Origin: Albugo candida
Taxonomy: Eukaryota
NCBI GenBank assembly: GCA_040437565.1
Contig: JBDOQK010000006.1
Location: 620,001-684,000 of the forward strand
DNA: 64,000 nt
Direction: 5' to 3'
In this document: in pieces, positions 1-12,090 of the stretch
How the letters are laid out: the number at the start of each line of letters is the position of its first letter
Position numbering within the stretch: the first letter of the stretch is position 1
Notes under the pieces: model-generated
Databases searched by the model: none
Seen by the model: only the letters and a program-made list of their open reading frames with translations
Told to the model about the DNA's origin: nothing
Program-made: the position numbers and the translations under genes

Positions 1-1748
1 GTATATCTGAATTTCCATAGTAAATCTTTGTCTTCGTTCTTCAAAGAGTCCGTGGGAGTTGCTAGTAATACCTCAATACGAGCTTTCTCGTTTCTGGAAG
101 GTTTGAGATTCGGATCGATCGATCCGCGCAGAATATCTCGAGCAAGTTTTCGGTACTTTCGCTCCGCCGGATTTTCAGCATTCATATCAGGATCCCAAAT
201 AGAAATCAATAATCCTGGATCTGATNNNNNNNNNNNNNNNNNNNNNNNNNNNNNNNNNNNNNNNNNNNNNNNNNNNNNNNNNNNNNNNNNNNNNNNNNNN
301 NNNNNNNNNNNNNNNNNNNNNNNNNCAAGAAGCTTGAGAGCATCGGCAATATCGATTTCACACCACTGATGCAATAAATCAATTGCTTGTTTGACTTCTG
401 TTTCATCATTCCAGTCCACAGAGAGTAGAAATTTGATAACTGCTTTTTTATTATCCGTCAATGTATATCTGAATTTCCATAGTAAATCTTTGTCTTCGTT
501 CTTCAAAGAGTCCGTGGGAGTTGCTAGTAATACCTCAATACGAGCTTTCTCGTTTCTGGAAGGTTTGAGATTCGGATCGATCGATCCGCGCAGAATATCT
601 CGAGCAAGTTTTCGGTACTTTCGCTCCGCCGGATTTTCAGCATTCATATCAGGATCCCAAATAGAAATCAATAATCCTGGATCTGATGAAGATAGGTGGA
701 ATTTCCCTGGTGTCATTCCAGTTGTCGAAACTGCTGATGTCGTATCTGAATCGTGAAGGTAATTGATACCGCCTGCTCCATTCGTGCTAGTATGAGCTCC
801 ATTACTTGCCAGGCTCCCATAATGACCCATTGTTGCGGTTCTCTTAGGCAAATTGTATTCTCCTGTCGTAGTCGTAGTCGAACCAGTAGAATTGGCTGCG
901 ACCGTATGAGCCATAAGATTTCTTTGTGAGTAAGGTTCTTCCTCATAAATGACCGGGTATTCGAAAAAGGGCATCTCAATCCACAGCACAGCGTGGTCTC
1001 GATATACACAAAACGGACTCCAAGGCTCATTTTGTCCAGGTGGCTCGTACCCTCGTCTTATTCTCGATATTCTCCTATCTGTCACCCCATCCATCCATTC
1101 GTTACTTGGAATTTCCTTCCGATCATATTTCTCTCTTAACTTATCTAATCGAAAGCATTCTTGTTTATTCCACTCATCATCCACTTCAAAGGGTGTCGTA
1201 GAGGCTGGAGACGGATCTGCTTCTCGATCCTTCCAAATACGAAGTCCCTGAAGACCATCTCGCAAAACGCCATGGTGCGTGAATAGAGGGATTGTGCTTC
1301 CCCCCAGTGGTGTCCATCCAACACCCCATACATTCACAACCAAATGCGCGTGACGCGTCAGATCGCGATAATTAAGCGGGAAAGATAGCCATTCGTTCCA
1401 ATATAAGCTTGTTTCACTACATTTAGTCGGCCCTTTAGTGCTGATTAACATCGGGTGCATTGGTAAGCCGTCGGAGAAAATCTGTGCCGTCACAAAAACT
1501 TCACTCATTGCAGAATCACGTAATTGCTCGAGTTCATTGCCTACAAATTGCTCTAGACTCAGACGATACAAATCAAAGGATAAAAAGGTGGACTTTGTTT
1601 CGACATCTTTATTATTGGAAAGGTTTTCTACTGATGAAAGCGGACCGCAAAACGGTGACAATTCAATGTAAGATATCTTGATCCGAATACTAGATTTTAT
1701 GCCGCTGCTGAGATAGTATCGATATTCGCGCATTCCGCCGTATATCAT
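1..1748 (-). CDS. VPS34: Class III phosphatidylinositol 3-kinase Vps34 (5' part: C2 domain and start of PIK helical domain; runs off the left edge)
   Basis: My translation of the minus strand (not in the ORF track) is open from ATG 1748 (or 1733) down to the gap: ...EVFVTAQIFSDGLP...YWNEWLSFPLNYRDL...GLRIWKDREADP...WDPDMNAENPAERKYRKLARDILRGSIDPNLKPS...EDKDLLWKFRYTLTDNKKAVIKFLLSVDW...EIDIADALKLL. These are characteristic Vps34 C2 and helical-domain motifs. Bases 1-225 duplicate 463-687 across the N gap. Confidence 0.93.
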   Translation of the reverse strand, partial: MIYGGMREYRYYLSSGIKSSIRIKISYIELSPFCGPLSSVENLSNNKDVETKSTFLSFDLYRLSLEQFVGNELEQLRDSAMSEVFVTAQIFSDGLPMHPMLISTKGPTKCSETSLYWNEWLSFPLNYRDLTRHAHLVVNVWGVGWTPLGGSTIPLFTHHGVLRDGLQGLRIWKDREADPSPASTTPFEVDDEWNKQECFRLDKLREKYDRKEIPSNEWMDGVTDRRISRIRRGYEPPGQNEPWSPFCVYRDHAVLWIEMPFFEYPVIYEEEPYSQRNLMAHTVAANSTGSTTTTTGEYNLPKRTATMGHYGSLASNGAHTSTNGAGGINYLHDSDTTSAVSTTGMTPGKFHLSSSDPGLLISIWDPDMNAENPAERKYRKLARDILRGSIDPNLKPSRNEKARIEVLLATPTDSLKNEDKDLLWKFRYTLTDNKKAVIKFLLSVDWNDETEVKQAIDLLHQWCEIDIADALKLLXXXXXXXXXXXXXXXXXXXXXXXXXXXXXXXXXXSDPGLLISIWDPDMNAENPAERKYRKLARDILRGSIDPNLKPSRNEKARIEVLLATPTDSLKNEDKDLLWKFRY

Positions 1749-1876
1749 CGTTCGATTTCGACTCTTAGCGAATTACGTGTGGTCGAAGGATATTGGTAAT
1801 ACTGGTAATATTTACTTTTATAACGCCGCCATCGTTTCTCCCATCCTAATCGTCCTGTTCTAAGTGAACAAAAGCA

Positions 1877-3242
1877 TTATTCTCCCTCAGTGAGAGCATC
1901 TAACTTGGCTTCCATTCGGGCCATTGCAGTCGCCAATTTATCGATATCCGCGGTATGCTGACCTAATGTATGGAACATAGCGCCTTGTTGTGTCGCAAGC
2001 TGCTGTTGTGTTTCTGTTGTACGACACAGAAGATCCATCAACATTGTCTCCATCTTTGGACCTGTAGTGACTTGACCATCTCCCATTGCGCCTGTTGCCA
2101 CAATTTCTTGTGTATGTGTTGAAGCGGGTGGCGCGACCGAGGGAACTACCTGATTTTCTACAGCAATATTGGATGAGCGGTTTGTTTCTACAGTTCTTGG
2201 GTTCCCTTTATGAATCTGTTCAACAGGTGCTGCTACTTCATTTTTGCGATCCTCTAAATTCTTCATGGCTACATTCGATAATTTTTCCAGCGTCGCAATA
2301 TCGCAAGAATTGCGCGGCTGTGTGTCGAAAACAAACACCGTACCCAAAACATGTCCTGAAGGCGTACAAATGGGTGCTCCTGCATAAAATCTGATTTTCG
2401 CAGCACCAGTGACCAAAGGATTCTTTGCAAATCTTTTATCGGTCAGAGTATCCATCACTACCATTGGCTCCTTGGACATAATTGCATGTGCACCGAACGA
2501 CACTGATCGAGGTACTTCATTTTGTGCTAGACCGACGCTTGCCTTGAACCATTCTCGGTCTTCATCGATCAGACTCACAGCAGCGATGGGACTTTTCAAA
2601 GCATTACTTGCTAGATCACAAATAATATCAAAAACGTCTTCACTTGGAGTATCCATGATATCAAAACTACGCAAAACTTCTAGTCTTTCAGGTTCTCCAA
2701 TCACCATGGGGGGTTTCGGCCATGGATGATCCCACGTAAAGTCTAATGGATACTCACACTCGGAGCGAGGATAGTCTCTTGCGACTTGAGTCAAATCCTC
2801 TGAATCTGCTATGGGAGATTGAAAATTTCGTGCGTCCCATCGTTCTTCACTTGGTGGTGGGGTGGACTCAGATGACGTTGTGACTGGGGGCGCTTGTGGA
2901 TTGGCTTGATTACTCGCATGTGATAGGATGCACGACATGCACACACGGACTAACGATCGACCAATCACGGGCAGTTCTGCTTCCTTTTTTAGTGTACAGT
3001 TTCCGCATACTACTTCCCCACACTAATACACTGGCTTAGAATTTCATCAAACAGATAAAATATTTGCTATTGTGTACCTTTCGACAATGATGTTTTCTTC
3101 GAAATCGTGTGAAATTCCTAGTGCAAACGTGACATCGATATCGCTCAGTATCGAGCACCCAGTCGTCTTGATGACGTAATTGATCAATCGTTAGAACATC
3201 GCTACTTCCCATGACATTTCCTTTTGTACCCCGACGTGCCAT
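1877..3242 (-). CDS. FYVE zinc finger + GAF domain protein (2 exons; intron 3023-3077)
   Basis: Exon 1 has WVLD...CHVC...FTRFRRKHHCRK; a GT-AG intron follows; exon 2 has CGEVVCGNC...RVCMSC (canonical FYVE). Then a GAF domain (ERLEVLRSFDIMDT...SLIDEDREWFKASVG...NPLVTGAAKIRFYAGAP...LGTVFVFD) and a Q-rich coiled-coil C-terminus. Confidence 0.9.
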
Positions 3243-4235
3243 TCTATCAGGCAACCTGCGCGAAACGAAACCACAAATAGTATAATTAGAAGTTGAGACA
3301 ATTAGCTACGTAATTTTGCGCTTTGAAGTTAACCTCTGATCTTATCGTGTCAGCGGGCGGTACGAGGTACTATTACACAATATCGGCACTCCGCACGATC
3401 GTTTTTGATCAACTTTTCTTGTTCTTATGATGTAATTCCACGCTTGGATAGTGATTCTGATTACACTTTTTGACTGACCTTTTCTATAACAGAAATAGAT
3501 TTTCAAAAAAACAAAGTTGGAAACGACCGTTTGGTATATGATTACCTTTTGTGGCAGATTAAAAAAATTCCAGATTGTGTGAAACGCCTCAATTACAAGC
3601 GATTTGATTGACTAGGGTAAATGATTCTCCCAGAGAATAAACACGAGTATTTATTGTTTCCTTTCCTCCTCCTCTCTACTCTAGACGGGAAGGCTTCGAC
3701 AGGTGGTAAATATGTGCGTTTGGTGTGTCACGGGTCATCCCGCCTATGTCCATACAAATATGAATCCAAGATTTCTTTGGATAAACGCGTATAGGGTAGC
3801 AAAACAAATTTTGCACGGCTTTTACGTGATGCAGCTCTGATCCTATTTCTGATTACAGAAATTGGTCCATGAGATTGTAATCGGTAATACCCGGAATAAA
3901 CGACTTTTAGTATAAACTTGAACCTAATTCTGTAAAGAGCCTAGACGACGCGATCTTTTGCCGGCCGTACCTCTGAACAAGCTCGCCCATTAGCTGCAAG
4001 CCCTACGTGTGACCATATCCATTTAGATCATATAAATAGTATAATTGGATATCCCAAACATGCGCGCTCAGTGTGCGACATGTTGAAGTCATGACTGTAC
4101 AAGAATTTTACACGAAGCAGAGAGTCTTAATCAAAAATTTTAACGGCAGGGCATCATCGTCGCTGGGACATTTAATGTAAACATTTTGATTGTTTCAGAG
4201 TACATGTGATCGAACAAAGGCTTTTTGCATGTATA

Positions 4236-5591
4236 ATGAGTACCACGTCGGATAGCGACACAAGCAGCTCAAGCAGTAGTGATTCGAGTACCTCATCATC
4301 GGACGAGGACAATGTCGACGTGTCACACACCAAATTAGGAGCTGTCGAAATGCAAACCAATTCTCCTGTGTCAGAGCCAACTCCATATAATTCCGACGTG
4401 CGTATTCAGACGATATTACAAGCACAATCAGCCATAGCACCGCTGTTAAAACTAGAGGCACTATACGCTCAGGATAAAAAAAAACTTGTAGAAAGCAGGT
4501 TACGAAATGGGGATATACCGGCCCTCAATACTATGAAGTGTAAACGACTAGCACCCTTTATACCTGATGATAGTATACAACGGGAGAAATTACTTGATAC
4601 AGAATACTTGGATGAGGAGGACGCCGAGGAACAAGAAATGGCTCGGTCCACCGCCGACGAATGTGAAGCAGATGAGATGGAAACTATGCACATGATAGGG
4701 GAAGAGGAAGCGAAATCTGAAGACTCAGATGGATTTGACGATGATGCAGAAGCAGTGTTACATGAAGAGATAATGCAAGCAAGGAAAGATGGAATGTTTG
4801 AATTTGGAATCGATATTCCAACGAAAATTATTGATTATCCGTATCCGGACTATTTGATCCGGGCCGCAGCTATGATGACTAAGGAGAATGTGTTCGGAAA
4901 GCATCCTCAAAAGTTCGTCTATTGCAACAATCTTATGGTACGTGAGCTGACATTGGACGCAGGCGTTTGCTTGAAACATCATGTTGGGTACAGATTAGTC
5001 CTAAGCAATGGAACAAGTTGGAGCGTGATACAGTATCTGCTGAAAAACAACTCTTTGAAAAAAGAAAAGAAGCAGAGGCCGTCGCGCTTGCTATTGAGAA
5101 GAAAAAGTAAGTGAATCGTATGTGACGGAAATATAAAGCTGATAGTATTATCGTGAAGGATACAGGAAAAAGTTGCAGCTGAACTTGCTCAAACGCTAAA
5201 GCAGCTTGAGGACGGGCAAGATCAAAACAGTGATAAAAATGCGTGCAACGATGACCAAGGAATGAAGGAACTCACTCCAGACAAATTAAAAGAGAAACCA
5301 ACGATGAAAGTATCGAGTATTGCTGTGGAGTTTTCTGGAAAGCACACAAAACCGCAAAAAAGCATTTCGTCCATTGGGAAGAAGCGAGCGATACCATGTG
5401 ATTCGACTTCGATATGTAACAAAGTACAAAAATCATCCAATATCGCAGGATCAGAAATTACAAAGTCTGATAATGAACAGCCATCAGTCGTTTCTATTAG
5501 CAGACCCAGCTCAAGCTCATCATCCTCGTCTTCTTCTATGGTTGATGATGATAGTTCGACGAGCACAAGTGACGATGAAGTAGAAATGTAG
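4236..5591 (+). CDS. Hypothetical acidic/Ser-rich coiled-coil protein (3 exons; predicted introns 4938-4993 and 5107-5158)
   Basis: ORFs 4206-5114 and 5262-5591 join in frame through two short GT-AG introns (NNLM|ISPKQWNKLERD...AIEKK|IQEKVAAELAQ). Poly-Ser tracts at both ends; no family recognised. Confidence 0.7.
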
Positions 5592-5648
5592 ACTGGTGAT
5601 GGCAGAATTACAAATTAGCTGGTGATGTGTACTCACAAATGATTATCC

Positions 5649-6449
5649 TTAACAACGTCTATTCCTTCCTTCATTTTCAGCCCACAAGGCCGCTGATTTT
5701 TTGCCCAGCTCGAATATTTGATCCAAGACAAAAGCTTCGGGAGGGAATAATGCAAAGCGTGCCAACTCCCAAATGGTGAAAGGAAAGTCTGGATCTATAG
5801 AAGGGGATATGTTGTAATCAAGTCGGCGCAAAAGATGAGCGTGAAAGACGCATACTTTAGTGTAGCCAGTCATCTCTGGTACAATATTGTATAAACCACC
5901 ATCGATATAAAAATGGCCGCGGAAAGGAGTCCAGAATTGCTTCGTCAGATAAAAGGGAACATGGCATGACGCCACGATCGCGCCATAAAGGTCGTCAACC
6001 GAGTCGAATTTGTCGGCGTACAACAATTCCCATTTCGGCCAAATCTGCTGCGTGACAATTGTCAGCCGCTCAGATAATGTATCAATGTCGACGGAATCAT
6101 AAAAGCGCTCTTTGAATAAATGACGCAATCTCGGCTCTAATCTTCCCCAAGTGCCCTCATTTCTACAAAGTCCCGCCATTGTTTTCACGTCATTTTGTAC
6201 AGCAACAAGATCTTGATCCGCAGCGATCGCAAGTGCTGTGATTGCGCCCCCAGAAGCCCCAGATACCTTTGACTTTGATGTAAGCAGACCTCTTTCTTGA
6301 AGATACACTGCGACTCCTAAATGATAAGAAATAAGAAATCCGGCACCGCTAAAGGCGAAGTTAAGATCCGAGTTCGAGCTAACGTCTGTGCTCGATTTGC
6401 GGATCCATCGAACTCCCCGAACGGAAGCGAATCTTTTACCAATTCTCAT
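5649..6449 (-). CDS. Patatin-like phospholipase/lipase (PNPLA type)
   Basis: FAFSGAGFLISYHLGV glycine loop, GASGG nucleophile motif, ASCHVPFY and YIDGGL catalytic Asp motif. First ATG at 6449 gives an Arg-rich N-terminus (MRIGKRFASVRGVRW). Confidence 0.9.
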   Translation of the reverse strand: MRIGKRFASVRGVRWIRKSSTDVSSNSDLNFAFSGAGFLISYHLGVAVYLQERGLLTSKSKVSGASGGAITALAIAADQDLVAVQNDVKTMAGLCRNEGTWGRLEPRLRHLFKERFYDSVDIDTLSERLTIVTQQIWPKWELLYADKFDSVDDLYGAIVASCHVPFYLTKQFWTPFRGHFYIDGGLYNIVPEMTGYTKVCVFHAHLLRRLDYNISPSIDPDFPFTIWELARFALFPPEAFVLDQIFELGKKSAALWAENEGRNRRC

Positions 6450-6717
6450 AATCGATTTGTGGTAATGTTCCCAGGCGACAAAATTTATAGTTAAACTGGT
6501 AACCACTTGTTGTGAGGTCCGTCTGAAGACTCGATACACTCTCTGGTTAGTGAGGTTTCCTCGTCTTTATGTGTTTGTTATCCAGCTGCATGTTCGCTTC
6601 AGTCTGAATGGCGATAGAATGTAAAGAGATTTGATACGAAAGCAGTAATCAGTGAGAAGAATAGGACGCAAATTGGAGAAGTGTAGCGCCGAGATAGTTG
6701 GTCGAAAATATTTATAG

Positions 6718-8919
6718 ATGACGACTACAGCATCGGCAACGAATATTGAGAAAGAGGGAAATCAGAGTAGTTTGCAGAGAGCTCAGCAACCTATCCAGAG
6801 ATCTATTGTAAGGAAAATTGAGAAGAACAATGTTTCTATGGAAGGAACAGATATCAGGATGCAAACGAAATCAAGCTTACTGGATCATGACGCGACTGGC
6901 GTAGCTTTTCATCACGGGCAAGTTTGCTGGAAGAGTTTTATGAGGAAGCTATTGCCTTGCTCACGATGGAGGCATGATAAGCAGTCTCGGCTTCTAGAAA
7001 TTCGGCAAAGGCTTCTGTTACAGAATGAACATGTGCATCATATGATAAGCACCACGATCCAAAACTTTTGTCTGACCAATTCATATGTGAGTTTTCACAT
7101 AGCCGATATGATCGTACCATGCTCTCGATACAATTATAAATATGAGCCTTTGTCTATCTATCTCCACGTCCTCGATATCGTAACAGGTCACACTATACAT
7201 CCTTCCGAGCGAGTTTTATCATCGCCTTCAGCACATGCAAATACATATCTGGAGAAAGCAGCCTTTGTGTGGAATATCAGAATCGATACATCAATTCCAT
7301 TCGAAAAGTTTCTATCGCCACAGACCTTAGTCTTGATGGAAGTGATCCATGAGAAGCATACCAAAAATCACGGGAACTCGAAGCCGGGTAATCCAGATAT
7401 GATGACATGTAGACCATCTGATGAGAAACAGCATATTGCATGGGCATTTTATCGCGTCATATCTGAGAATGGAAAATTGAAACTCGATACATTCAGAGAT
7501 GATGTTTTTGAATCAACAAATAAACAGCCAATTTGTTGCCAATTATTCCATTATCAGCAATTATCGCAGGACGATTTAAGAGGATACCAAAGTCAAATGA
7601 TTGCTAGTACCAATAACGCGACCATCCCTCGAGTGTATTTCCAGTTTCTCAATCAGAAGCGGACGCTCTTCCCTTCAGATCTTTGCATATTCATCAACGC
7701 TACTGACGAGTCGAATTTATTGGAAACACAGACAAAAAATAGCGAGTCAGTTCTTTCTAATTCAGGCCAGACTGAAGCTGCATCGAGCAATTCGAGTGAC
7801 AATGAAGCTTCTCCTACCATAGTCAATCTGATGGCTAATTGTATGCGAGGGCCGTCAAAGCCTTGCTTGATTCCACATCGAGTGTTATGCAAATTACCCA
7901 CGGGAACGCTGAGTCCTTCTTGCATCGCGTTTTGCAAAAATGGTACATACCTCGCTGCAGGAGTTTATTGTGAACAAGAATGTTTACTGTATATCTATCG
8001 AGTGAGTACGGGTCAGTTGTGCAGCGTGGGGCATGGTCATCAGCGAGTCATTCAAACAATTGAATGGAATCCTCAGTCGTCTTCAATGTTGCTAACTGCA
8101 TCATCTGATGGCACCGCTCGAGTTTGGTCGATTGTTTGTCACAATTCGAAAGATAGAATCGTTCACCTCCAAAGCATCTTTCAGCATTTCCCGGTGTCAT
8201 GTATAGTCTTCTGTGCTATTTTCGGAGAGTATAATGACCAAAATTTCTGTTACACTGGCGCCTCTGACGGGAATATCCGAATCTGGAACTTGCAGAGCCA
8301 GCAATTTGTCGGATATTTGTCACCCACCAAGTCAAATGATCATGAGAATGAAGGAGGTTGCATCCCAGCTCATGAAAATGCCGCTGTTCATTGCCTTCGA
8401 GTGAATGAAGAACGTACTCAACTATACAGCGGCGATTCCCTGGGACGCGTGTTCGTATGGACAAATGAAAGTAGCTCGTCCACATCACAGTACTTCTGTT
8501 TTAATGTCACAAAGATTATTGATTGTCGTCTCCTTGGTGGAATCAGCATCATTTCAATAAACCTTCACCCACGGAAGCAAAATCTACTCCTTCAGGCACA
8601 TCCGAATGTCGTATTAGAACTTGATTTACGTTCATATTTATTATTGAATACTCGATACGAACGAATCAACTGCAAACAATTTATGCACCAGACAGTATTC
8701 AGTCCTGATGGGAGATATGTTCTAATTGGCTCCGATTCGGGTTCTCCTTGCCTTTTTACGACATCATACCAACAGAATATTCGATACTCAACTTGGAAGG
8801 CACCATTGATGCTATTTGATGCTATGTGCACCGTTAGCTGGCATCCTTCTGCTCATATTGTCGCTGTTGGATCATGCGGTCAGTATGCTATCTCATTTTT
8901 GCTTTTGGTTTCTTCATAA
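6718..8919 (+). CDS. AHI1: Jouberin/AHI1-like ciliary transition-zone protein (C2-like domain + WD40 repeats); 3' end uncertain, further short exons may extend to about 10.1 kb
   Basis: 733-aa ORF with LVLMEVI, HIAWAFYRV, CQLFHY and PCLIPHRVLCKLPTG...CIAF...GTYLAAG, then WD repeats (LLTASSDGTARVW, YTGASDGNIRIW, LYSGDSLGRVFVW, FSPDGRYVLIGS). The motif order matches AHI1 as I recall it. Confidence 0.75.
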   Translation: MTTTASATNIEKEGNQSSLQRAQQPIQRSIVRKIEKNNVSMEGTDIRMQTKSSLLDHDATGVAFHHGQVCWKSFMRKLLPCSRWRHDKQSRLLEIRQRLLLQNEHVHHMISTTIQNFCLTNSYVSFHIADMIVPCSRYNYKYEPLSIYLHVLDIVTGHTIHPSERVLSSPSAHANTYLEKAAFVWNIRIDTSIPFEKFLSPQTLVLMEVIHEKHTKNHGNSKPGNPDMMTCRPSDEKQHIAWAFYRVISENGKLKLDTFRDDVFESTNKQPICCQLFHYQQLSQDDLRGYQSQMIASTNNATIPRVYFQFLNQKRTLFPSDLCIFINATDESNLLETQTKNSESVLSNSGQTEAASSNSSDNEASPTIVNLMANCMRGPSKPCLIPHRVLCKLPTGTLSPSCIAFCKNGTYLAAGVYCEQECLLYIYRVSTGQLCSVGHGHQRVIQTIEWNPQSSSMLLTASSDGTARVWSIVCHNSKDRIVHLQSIFQHFPVSCIVFCAIFGEYNDQNFCYTGASDGNIRIWNLQSQQFVGYLSPTKSNDHENEGGCIPAHENAAVHCLRVNEERTQLYSGDSLGRVFVWTNESSSSTSQYFCFNVTKIIDCRLLGGISIISINLHPRKQNLLLQAHPNVVLELDLRSYLLLNTRYERINCKQFMHQTVFSPDGRYVLIGSDSGSPCLFTTSYQQNIRYSTWKAPLMLFDAMCTVSWHPSAHIVAVGSCGQYAISFLLLVSS

Positions 8920-11814
8920 CGGGTAGACATGAATGCTTGCAAAATTAGATGTACATGGGGGATACGCGATATCGCTTTTAGGAGCTTCTGAAGAAGACGA
9001 GGAGGAGCAAAATGTGTTTCTGGTACTTCAATACCTTATCCATCATTTCGTGAACTTATGCTATTCTATCGTATAGCAGAAATTGATGATAACAAAAGCG
9101 GCCAGATCCTCGATGCGAAATGACGGGCCCATTATCCCCGCGGTTGCCGAGACCGTTAATTTGTTGAAACACAGTGAGCAAATGAGGCAGCTTTTATACC
9201 AAACACGCGAGCATCTCGGTGCGCGAATCAGTAAAAGTCACACGAAAGCGTAGGGATCCGAAATGGGAGGTGGCCGAGTGTCTTGTGAGATCATTAAAAA
9301 CGCATTTTTGTCTGCCTCAATNNNNNNNNNNNNNNNNNNNNNNNNNNNNNNNNNNNNNNNNNNNNNNNNNNNNNNNNNNNNNNNNNNNNNNNNNNNNNNN
9401 NNNNNNNNNNNNNNNNNNNNNAGAAGACGAGGAGGAGCAAAATGTGTTTCTGGTACTTCAATACCTTATCCATCATTTCGTGAACTTATGCTATTCTATC
9501 GTATAGCAGAAATTGATGATAACAAAAGCGGCCAGATCCTCGATGCGAAATGACGGGCCCATTATCCCCGCGGTTGCCGAGACCGTTAATTTGTTGAAAC
9601 ACAGTGAGCAAATGAGGCAGCTTTTATACCAAACACGCGAGCATCTCGGTGCGCGAATCAGTAAAAGTCACACGAAAGCGTAGAAATCCGAAATGGGAGG
9701 TGGCCGAGTGTCTTGTGAGATCATTAAAAACGCATTTTTGTCTGCCTCAATGCTCGCTCGCTCAACGGAAAGCCGAAAGTAACTTCATCAACTGATTTTC
9801 GTGATTGATAGCAGCCAATAGCGCCCATACAAGTTGCAAGGTGCTATCTGAGTACTCAAGACGTCAGTTCTGCAAACTATTGGCTGACTGGCAACGCCAA
9901 GGTAACGGCTGTGTCGAGTTGTTGATGCATCCAATCATTCGACGGAAAGATTTCGGTCGAATTGGGGAAAGAATGAAACAATCGCAAAAGTGGAGTCTCC
10001 TGGAACAAAGCGAAGGAGAAAGGCAACACAAGGATGGTCGATATTGTATCGAAATGGGACACAGGTCATCATTATAAATTTGAGACGTTATGTAAAAACC
10101 TGAAATTATCGAACTTATGCGCCTTTTTTTGCTTGGTGTCTCTAGTTGACTGTGCTATTAAATATTTCATCTAAGCATTCAAAACAAAGTTTTGTAGACC
10201 ATATGTGTTTCATNNNNNNNNNNNNNNNNNNNNNNNNNNNNNNNNNNNNNNNNNNNNNNNNNNNNNNNNNNNNNNNNNNNNNNNNNNNNNNNNNNNNNNN
10301 NNNNNNNNNNNNNGTCGAATTGGGGAAAGAATGAAACAATCGCAAAAGTGGAGTCTCCTGGAACAAAGCGAAGGAGAAAGGCAACACAAGGATGGTCGAT
10401 ATTGTATCGAAATGGGACACAGGTCATCATTATAAATTTGAGACGTTATGTAAAAACCTGAAATTATCGAACTTATGCGCCTTTTTTTGCTTGGTGTCTC
10501 TAGTTGACTGTGCTATTAAATATTTCATCTAAGCATTCAAAACAAAGTTTTGTAGACCATATGTGTTTCATCTGATCGCACTGCTCTTATCTTCACACAC
10601 ATTGCTCTATATCGATCATTTACTGCAAATGGGGAATATAGAATTGTCTAGCAATCACACGGATTTCAAAAGCGTAACCGATCGAAACTTTGCGCTATCG
10701 ATCTGATGAGCGCTTTAGTTGAAATCGTGCGTCATAAATAAGGCTAGCCAATGGGCGTTTGCTCCCTACACCTATCGATGCGACATGTATGATTGCTGCT
10801 CGCAAGCGCGAGATATTGCAAGACGGGATTGGCGATAGACGGCATTTTGATTGTTGGAGGTTTGGAGTGGCAGAAGCAGTCGTGTACATTTGGATCAAAA
10901 CCGTAATATACGTAATTACATGATGCGAATTGGCTGAGTATTGGTAAAAGGGTTTCGCCAATCGAACAACGCGCGTGGAGTGTGACAATGCCGTCAAGCG
11001 ACTACGACGTCACTTTAAGGTTCTGAGAGACCTTCTCTTGTGAAGTACGACTTTGCACAGACACGCCTCAGTCACACGACGATTTGAAGAATAATGGTCA
11101 GCACATTACACAATACTCAAATGACTCGTCGTGTTCCATTGCAACGACGATGGAAAGATTAGCGGATGAACGGGTGGCGATAATTTTGCGCAGTGCCAAC
11201 TAATGATCACGATATATGGTCCATTGGCCAGAAAGCAGGCTGTGATCGGACTGGATTCATTCTAGTGTCCACAACAGTGTACCACCAATTTGGCACCAAA
11301 AAATAAGTGATACGTTATTTCGGGACGGAGAAACAAAGAAGCCGACTCTAAAATACCAATAGACTATGACATTTCTGCGTGGACGTTTACCGACCTTATG
11401 TAAACGTTGCATCGAAAGCGAATTGTTCCAATTCCATGCTGATTCCAGCTCGTTCCCCACCAAAGCTTAGTTCATCTGGCACGCTATTTCAATGAGATGA
11501 CGTTTAACGGACCAAAGATCATATCAGCCCCAATATTGTCTGGGTACATGTTATCAAATCACATTCAAGAAGTGCCTGGATCCAACCTTATGCAACCAAG
11601 TTTACGTGGTACAATGAAGATCAGAAATGGTATAGATGATGAACTATTCCGAATGGATGAAAGTCGTTGAACTGAAGTCATATATGTTAAAGGGCAATAA
11701 CTTCGTAAATAGATGTCATGTTTAAACTTTTTCGTACTTCTGTAACCGTGCTGATCAAGTTTCATATTGCTTTCATGACATATATATTGTATCCAATATC
11801 AATCTAGGACAGAC

Positions 11815-11990
11815 CTCTAATTATGAGTGCCATACCACATGCATCCGGCATATCCACGCTACCGCTATTTTTGGATCTCACGGTACACCTTGCCGCCGAT
11901 TCTAAAAATAGCCATTCCATGGCAGGAATTGCATGAATTCAATGCGTACATCCCATTTTGTGTGTCCTTTGCATCAATTTTCTCATTGCA
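11815..11990 (+). repeat. Inverted copy of the conserved upstream element of the repeated cassette
   Basis: Its reverse complement (aattgatgcaaaggacacaca...gctatttttagaatcggcggcaaggtgtaccgtgagatccaaaatagcggtagcgtggatatg...attagaggtct) aligns by eye with 45947-46111 (aattgatgcaaaggacacaca...gctatttttagattcggcggtaaggtctaccgtgaattccaagaatagcggtggcgtgggtatg...attagaggtct). Confidence 0.85.
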
Positions 11991-12090
11991 NNNNNNNNNN
12001 NNNNNNNNNNNNNNNNNNNNNNNNNNNNNNNNNNNNNNNNNNNNNNNNNNNNNNNNNNNNNNNNNNNNNNNNNNNNNNNNNNNNNNNNNN

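Noticed and set aside
28..1671. Plus-strand ORFs at 28-369, 391-756, 949-1251 and 1438-1671
   Set aside because: Antisense shadows of the VPS34 reading frame.
10690..11800. Coding-like degenerate frames on the + strand
   Set aside because: Many stops and no motif I can identify with confidence; possibly another pseudogene but unsupported.
11865..11990. Novel C-terminus of PEPCK given by the ORF track (CNEKIDAKDTQNG...)
   Set aside because: The frame merely reads through Ns into the non-coding repeat element; it is not PEPCK sequence.
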